DNA of 64,000 nt, taken from the NCBI GenBank assembly GCA_043228905.1, contig JBHGNT010000004.1, positions 9,424,001 through 9,488,000 on the forward strand. Reading direction: 5' to 3'. A program made the position numbers and the translations under genes. How positions within the stretch are numbered: the first letter of the stretch is position 1; each line of letters starts with the position of its first letter. The notes beneath the pieces are model-generated. The model was not told where the DNA came from. It ran no database searches and was given only the letters and a program-made list of their open reading frames with translations. Of this stretch, positions 59,166 to 64,000 are shown piece after piece. The DNA is from Azolla caroliniana. Lineage: Eukaryota > Plantae > Polypodiophyta.

Positions 59166-62100
59166 TTGAACGACTACGGGTTTCAAGCTACCGTACGGCT
59201 CTGCTACCGGCCGAGCCCAGTTGTATTCTGTTTACCTTAATCAATTCTTTCCATAGTTCGGGTCGATCTCTTCTTGTTTCAAGTTTCATCTCTATTTCTT
59301 CCCTTTGTATCTGTTTCCTCGCTCTACCTGTGAGCTGCATGACACGGTTCCGTTCGCAAACATACACACTCGATGTCCCGCTTCCGGTAACCATCTAGGC
59401 ACACCGTCACGGTTGCTCTTCCTAGTCCCTATGACTCCTTGGTCTGGGACTCCCGTGGTCCTGCCCGTTTCAACACTTACTGGCTATATCATTGGTGAAC
59501 CCGACGTGAAAGGGGTAGCAGAGGAGTCCGGAGATGAGAGGAAGTGAACTTGCCGAAGCAATGGTGGTGGCTGTAACCGCCTAATTGACGATCACTAGGG
59601 CACAAGCACCCTTGATAGGGCCATAGAAACGATGCTCGACAAGATAGGTCAGTTTAATGGGAAAGACGTAACAAGCTACCTGGAGACCTACAGGGCCGAG
59701 ATGTTGATGAGGAATATTCCAGAGGACAGACAGCTGTCCGGATTCCCTCGGGTCGTAACACCGAGCACCCATGCAGAGGTGCTCGAAGTGCAAGCAGACT
59801 GCCATAATTGGGCAGACTTCGAGGCGCGGTTGCTCGAGAAGTACGGCTTCGATGATTCTCTACAATTGTCGAAGAAGAACTTTATGGATTGGGTCGAGAG
59901 CCCCGACAAGGGACGGAATACATCAACTTTGCTTCAAGAGTTCGAAAAGCGGCTCGCTTGACTCTCGATGCTAGAACGGACCATGCTCCATACGAGCAAG
60001 GTCCTACTGTATGTGAAGTCGATCAACGTGCTTGACCGCGAAAAGGTTGGTTTCCTCTTGGAGACGGATGAAGGGCTCACGGTCTACTAGGCCATGGTTA
60101 AAAGATTTTGTAGCCGTTTCGATAAACCGTAGGATTGTAACGACGCGAGGTCGTCGACAACCGGTGCGGGTGCCGGGAGGAAGCCAGAGGAATCGATTCT
60201 GACGAGAGCGGACAAAAGGAGACAGTGACTTGAATCAGGCACGGCGCCAACCAATGTGGTCGCAAGACCGTCGGGGGGAGCGGATCTAGAGGAGCTAATG
60301 AAGATGGTGTGTGATCTCCAGATCGCTCAGGCTTGAAGGGTCGGCGGAGGCCAATCGCGCGACCAACGGCCACTAATTGACTAACGGTGTAAATGGTGTG
60401 ATGTCGTTGGCCATGCCTGAAGGGAGTGGGCCGACTTCGGCAAAGCGCTTAGAAGTAACGTGGTGTACCTTTGGAATGGTCGAGTTCATGCGAGTGACAC
60501 ATGAAGGCCGCACGAATTAAACACCAGATGAGGCGGCATGAAGAGGATAATGGAGGAGGCAGCAACACATCATGTCGAGGCCATTCACTACTCGATCCTG
60601 GCTGGCATCTGTGTGAGCGGAGAGAAAGCTACCGGCTCCGGGGCCGAATCAGGATTTTGGCCGCTACTACTAGAGGGCTTCCACGGAAAGAAATTGAAGA
60701 AGGAGGAAGTCAACCGCGCGGAGAGGCGGGTTCGTGAAGTTACCGGATGGAGCGATCCGGTTGAGGACAAGATCGGCTTCGTAGAAGCCGCATGGCAGAA
60801 CTGCAAGGTTCTGGTCAAGGACAAGTGGGCCGGAAAGGCCGGAGGGGTAGGCCCTTCGGGGAGTTACGACACCCGGAGCGGACCCAACTGACGTGATTCA
60901 CAAGAGAAAGAAAAGGGGAAGTTCTCGAGCTTCTAGTTAAGCTCAGAGATAGAGAAAACTGTGGACCTACGGAAGGTCCTCGAGGAGCGAATCCTTGATA
61001 GTCGCGTGTAACTCACGGTGCGGGAAGTGCTAGGAATAACAAAGAAAGAGTTTCACAATGGCATCATGGACCTGATAAAGAGGAAGCGACTCTCGACAGA
61101 GCTAGAGCCAAAGAAGCCGATCGAAGTAAAGGTGTCCTACATCAAAGAGGTTGTGATGGAAGAGAAGTTCCCAGACAACCACTATATGAACCCATACTAG
61201 GCCAGAGCGACAACGGAAACCCCCTGTCCGAATCCGGAACGTGAAAGAGCTGGTGGTGCCGCTAATCGACCACAGGTCAAAGATTAACTTAATTTCCATG
61301 GACTTCTACGAGAAGGGTAAATGGTCGATCAACACAAAGCATGGGTGGAAGATATGCACGGCGACCCACGCTACGGAGGAGGTTCATGGAGCGTGCCCAA
61401 ACGTCCGGGTGAAGGTCAGGGATGTGGAGATCGATCAACACTTCTTCGTATAGGAGACATCCTCCCATCCAGTGATTCTTGGTGAACCATACATTAGGGC
61501 GGCTCGTGTGGAGACCAAAGTGTTGGATAGCAGATCGGCATACGCAAGGGTAAAGAGCTAGGATGGTAAGCACTACTTCCAATTCCTGGCGGTGAGGCCA
61601 AATCATGAACAAAACCATGATTCTCTCGATGGCGAGGGCCGAGGGGATTTTTAGAGAGGACTATCAAGGCATGGGTCCGCGATAATCTAGACAACCGGAA
61701 GAATTCCCACACCTGTACCATAGGTAGGAAGTTTTGGCCCTCCGCTAGTGGAGGTTGTACCATAACCGACATCGATGGCCGAGAGAAGAAGCGGGTAGAA
61801 GGACCCTTGAAGGCTTGTGGCACCTTAGGCTCTGATGACGAGATTAGTGGCACCATGGAGGCGGTTTCATTCGATGACACTCTCGGAGAGATCGAGAGGA
61901 TGGCCAAAGAGGACCTATGCGAAATGTACGAAGTCATTGCGGACTTTGGAAGGATGGTCGGGTCAGATCAAATAGCCCAGTGAGCACGAAGTACAAGACT
62001 GTGGACTGGAAGGTGAGGCCAATCGTGGCTCCCTTGCCAGAGGATAGCTGGGAACGGATAAAAGGGGTCGCGGCCGACCCAAGTTTACGAAATCTGGCTG

Positions 62101-63317
62101 GCATAGGATATCGGTTCACCGACGAGATGCTACGAGAGCTCAAGATCGGTGGGGGTGGCTTCTTACTGCCTGCGGAGGAAGACCGGTTTCGAAGGATGCT
62201 GGAAAGGCATGGGAAAGGCTTCACACTCTCGCCAGGGGAGATCGGGTGCGTCGACATGATGATCGTGGATCCAATGGTGATCTTCACGGTACCGCACGTA
62301 CCGTGGAATCTCAGGTTGGTTTCTATGCCGAGAGCTCACATACCGAAGTTGACAGAGCTACTCAAACAAAAGATCGAGATGGGGGTCCTCGAGCCATCGA
62401 GCGCCCCAACTCGAATCGGTGATTTACCGTGCCAAAGAAGAACGGCACGCTACACTTCATTCAAGACCTGGAGCCGGTCAACAAAGTAACCATTCGAAAC
62501 GTAGGGATTGGGCCGACAATTGACGAGTTTGCGGAAGCCTTCATGGGAAGTTCGACCTACTCGGTCGGCGACTTATACTCTGGATATAACCAATTCCAGC
62601 TAGCCATAGAGAGTGGGGACATCATGACGATGCGAACTCCTCTCAGCTTGGTTCAGATGTGTACCTTGCCGCAAGGAGGGACCAACTCGGTGGCACACAT
62701 GGTGAATGCAATGATCAAGGTCTTGTAGGACTACATCTCGGACATCACCATGCCTTTCTTGGATGACATCCCGATCAAGGGATGTCCGGAGGAAGTGAAA
62801 GATGAATTGATCGGGCCGAACAGATGCCAGAGTTTTGTCGCGGCCCACATCTCCGACTGCAAGAAGATATTGCAGAGGCGTGAGAGCGCTCAACTTACCT
62901 TCTCTGGGAAGAAGTCAGCTTTCGGACAATCCGAGATCCTCGTAGTGGGGCACCTGTGTGAACCATACTGCCGGAAACCGTCTCCGGCGAAAGTAGAGGC
63001 CATCTCCGCGATGAAGGAGGAATGGGGGTCGGTCTCGGAAGTCCAGAGATTCTTGGGAGCGTGCACCATCTACCACATTTGGATCCCACACTACCCACAC
63101 CTTGCCGAACCGCTCTACCGGTTGCTAAAGAAAGGTCAGAAGTTCAAATGGGGCACAGAGCACATAGGGGTTGTCCGGAAACTAAAGGAAAAGTTGACAG
63201 TAGCCCCAGCTCTCCGAAAATCGATATACAAGGCGGAAACTCCGGCTTACGTAACGATGGATACGATTCCAACCAGAATCGGGTGGGTGGTTAATCAGGA
63301 AGACAAGGACGGGATAT
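59166..63317 (+). mobile_element. Gypsy element M (tRNA-Trp-primed lineage), degenerate and 3'-truncated
   Basis: Partial LTR to ~59491, PBS tggtgaacccgacgtga 59493-59509, gag IGQFNGKDVTSYL, PR LIDHRSKIN, RT LPQGGTNSVAHM/FLDD, start of RNase H. Confidence 0.88.
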
Positions 63318-63319
63318 AT

Positions 63320-64000
63320 TCATGATAATCTTGCAAATGGCTTTATTCAACATTCTCAATCTCCTACTGGCACTCCTATTTTTTTCGTTAAGAAGAAAGA
63401 AGGATGTTTACTTTTGGTCGTAGATTATCGAGGCTTGAACAAGATTATGATCCGAAATCGATATGCTCTACCATTGATTCCAAATCTCTTGGAATATCTC
63501 AGTGGGTCCAAATACTTCACAAGGCTAGACTTACAAGGTGCTTATAACCTTGTTCGTATTCGACCTTGTGATGAATGGAAAATTGCTTTTTGCACGTGAT
63601 ATGGTCACTTCGAGTACACAATAATGCCATTCGATTGTACAAATGCTCCAACAATTTTCCAACATATGGAAAATGATATCTTTCGAGATTTCCTTGATAT
63701 CTTCACACTAATTTACTTGGATGACATACTAATATACTTATAGACACAAGAGGAGCACGATAACCATGTTCGACAAGTTCTGCAACGATTACGGGAATTT
63801 GGTCTTTTTGCCAAACTCTGAGAAATGTTGGTTTGACCGCAATCAAGTGGAATTTCTAGGGTATATGATCTCTCTGGAAGGTATTTCTATAGATCCAAAG
63901 AAAGTACAAATGGTTCTAGATTGGAAGACACCAGGCTTAGTTCGCGACCTGCAATGTTTCTTGGGATTTGCAAATTTCTACCACAATTTCATCAGGAGTT
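63320..64000 (+). pseudogene. Chromovirus (Tcn1-like) Gypsy reverse transcriptase fragment
   Basis: PIFFVKKK..VDYRGLNKI..RNRYALPLI..LDLQGAYNLVRI..DEWKIAF..YGHFEY.IMPF..YLDD, with stops. Confidence 0.85.

Noticed and set aside
1-64000. Host protein-coding, rRNA or prokaryotic defence genes
   Set aside because: All recognisable coding sequence is transposon-derived.

Overview
Gene-free, repeat-saturated eukaryotic DNA, most likely from a non-seed land plant such as a fern or lycophyte (an inference from the transposon lineages present). The window is a nest of about 16 transposable elements or fragments. It holds the right part of a Sola1/DUF7869-like DDD DNA transposon with an uninterrupted ORF (1-2115), several tRNA-iMet-primed Ty1/Copia elements, and one very young intact Tork/Tnt1-like copy (44395-49722; 606-bp LTRs with one mismatch seen, TSD CGGTT, 1358-aa gag-pol). 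It also holds a divergent tRNA-Trp-primed Ty3/Gypsy lineage (4 copies or remnants), Athila/Tat-like Gypsy elements with an extra 3' ORF, a split L1 LINE and a Tcn1-like chromovirus RT. The most notable observations are: (1) a tRNA-like Pol III A-box/B-box module with a covarying hairpin inside LTRs of the Trp-primed Gypsy lineage; (2) a conserved slippery site, stop codon and hairpin predicting -1 frameshifting between protease and RT in that lineage; (3) a Gypsy element bounded by ~110-bp inverted copies of its U3 end with a near-perfect 5-bp TSD; (4) a four-level TSD-resolved nesting series. All comparisons were made by eye. Lineage names come from motif recall and were not checked against a database.
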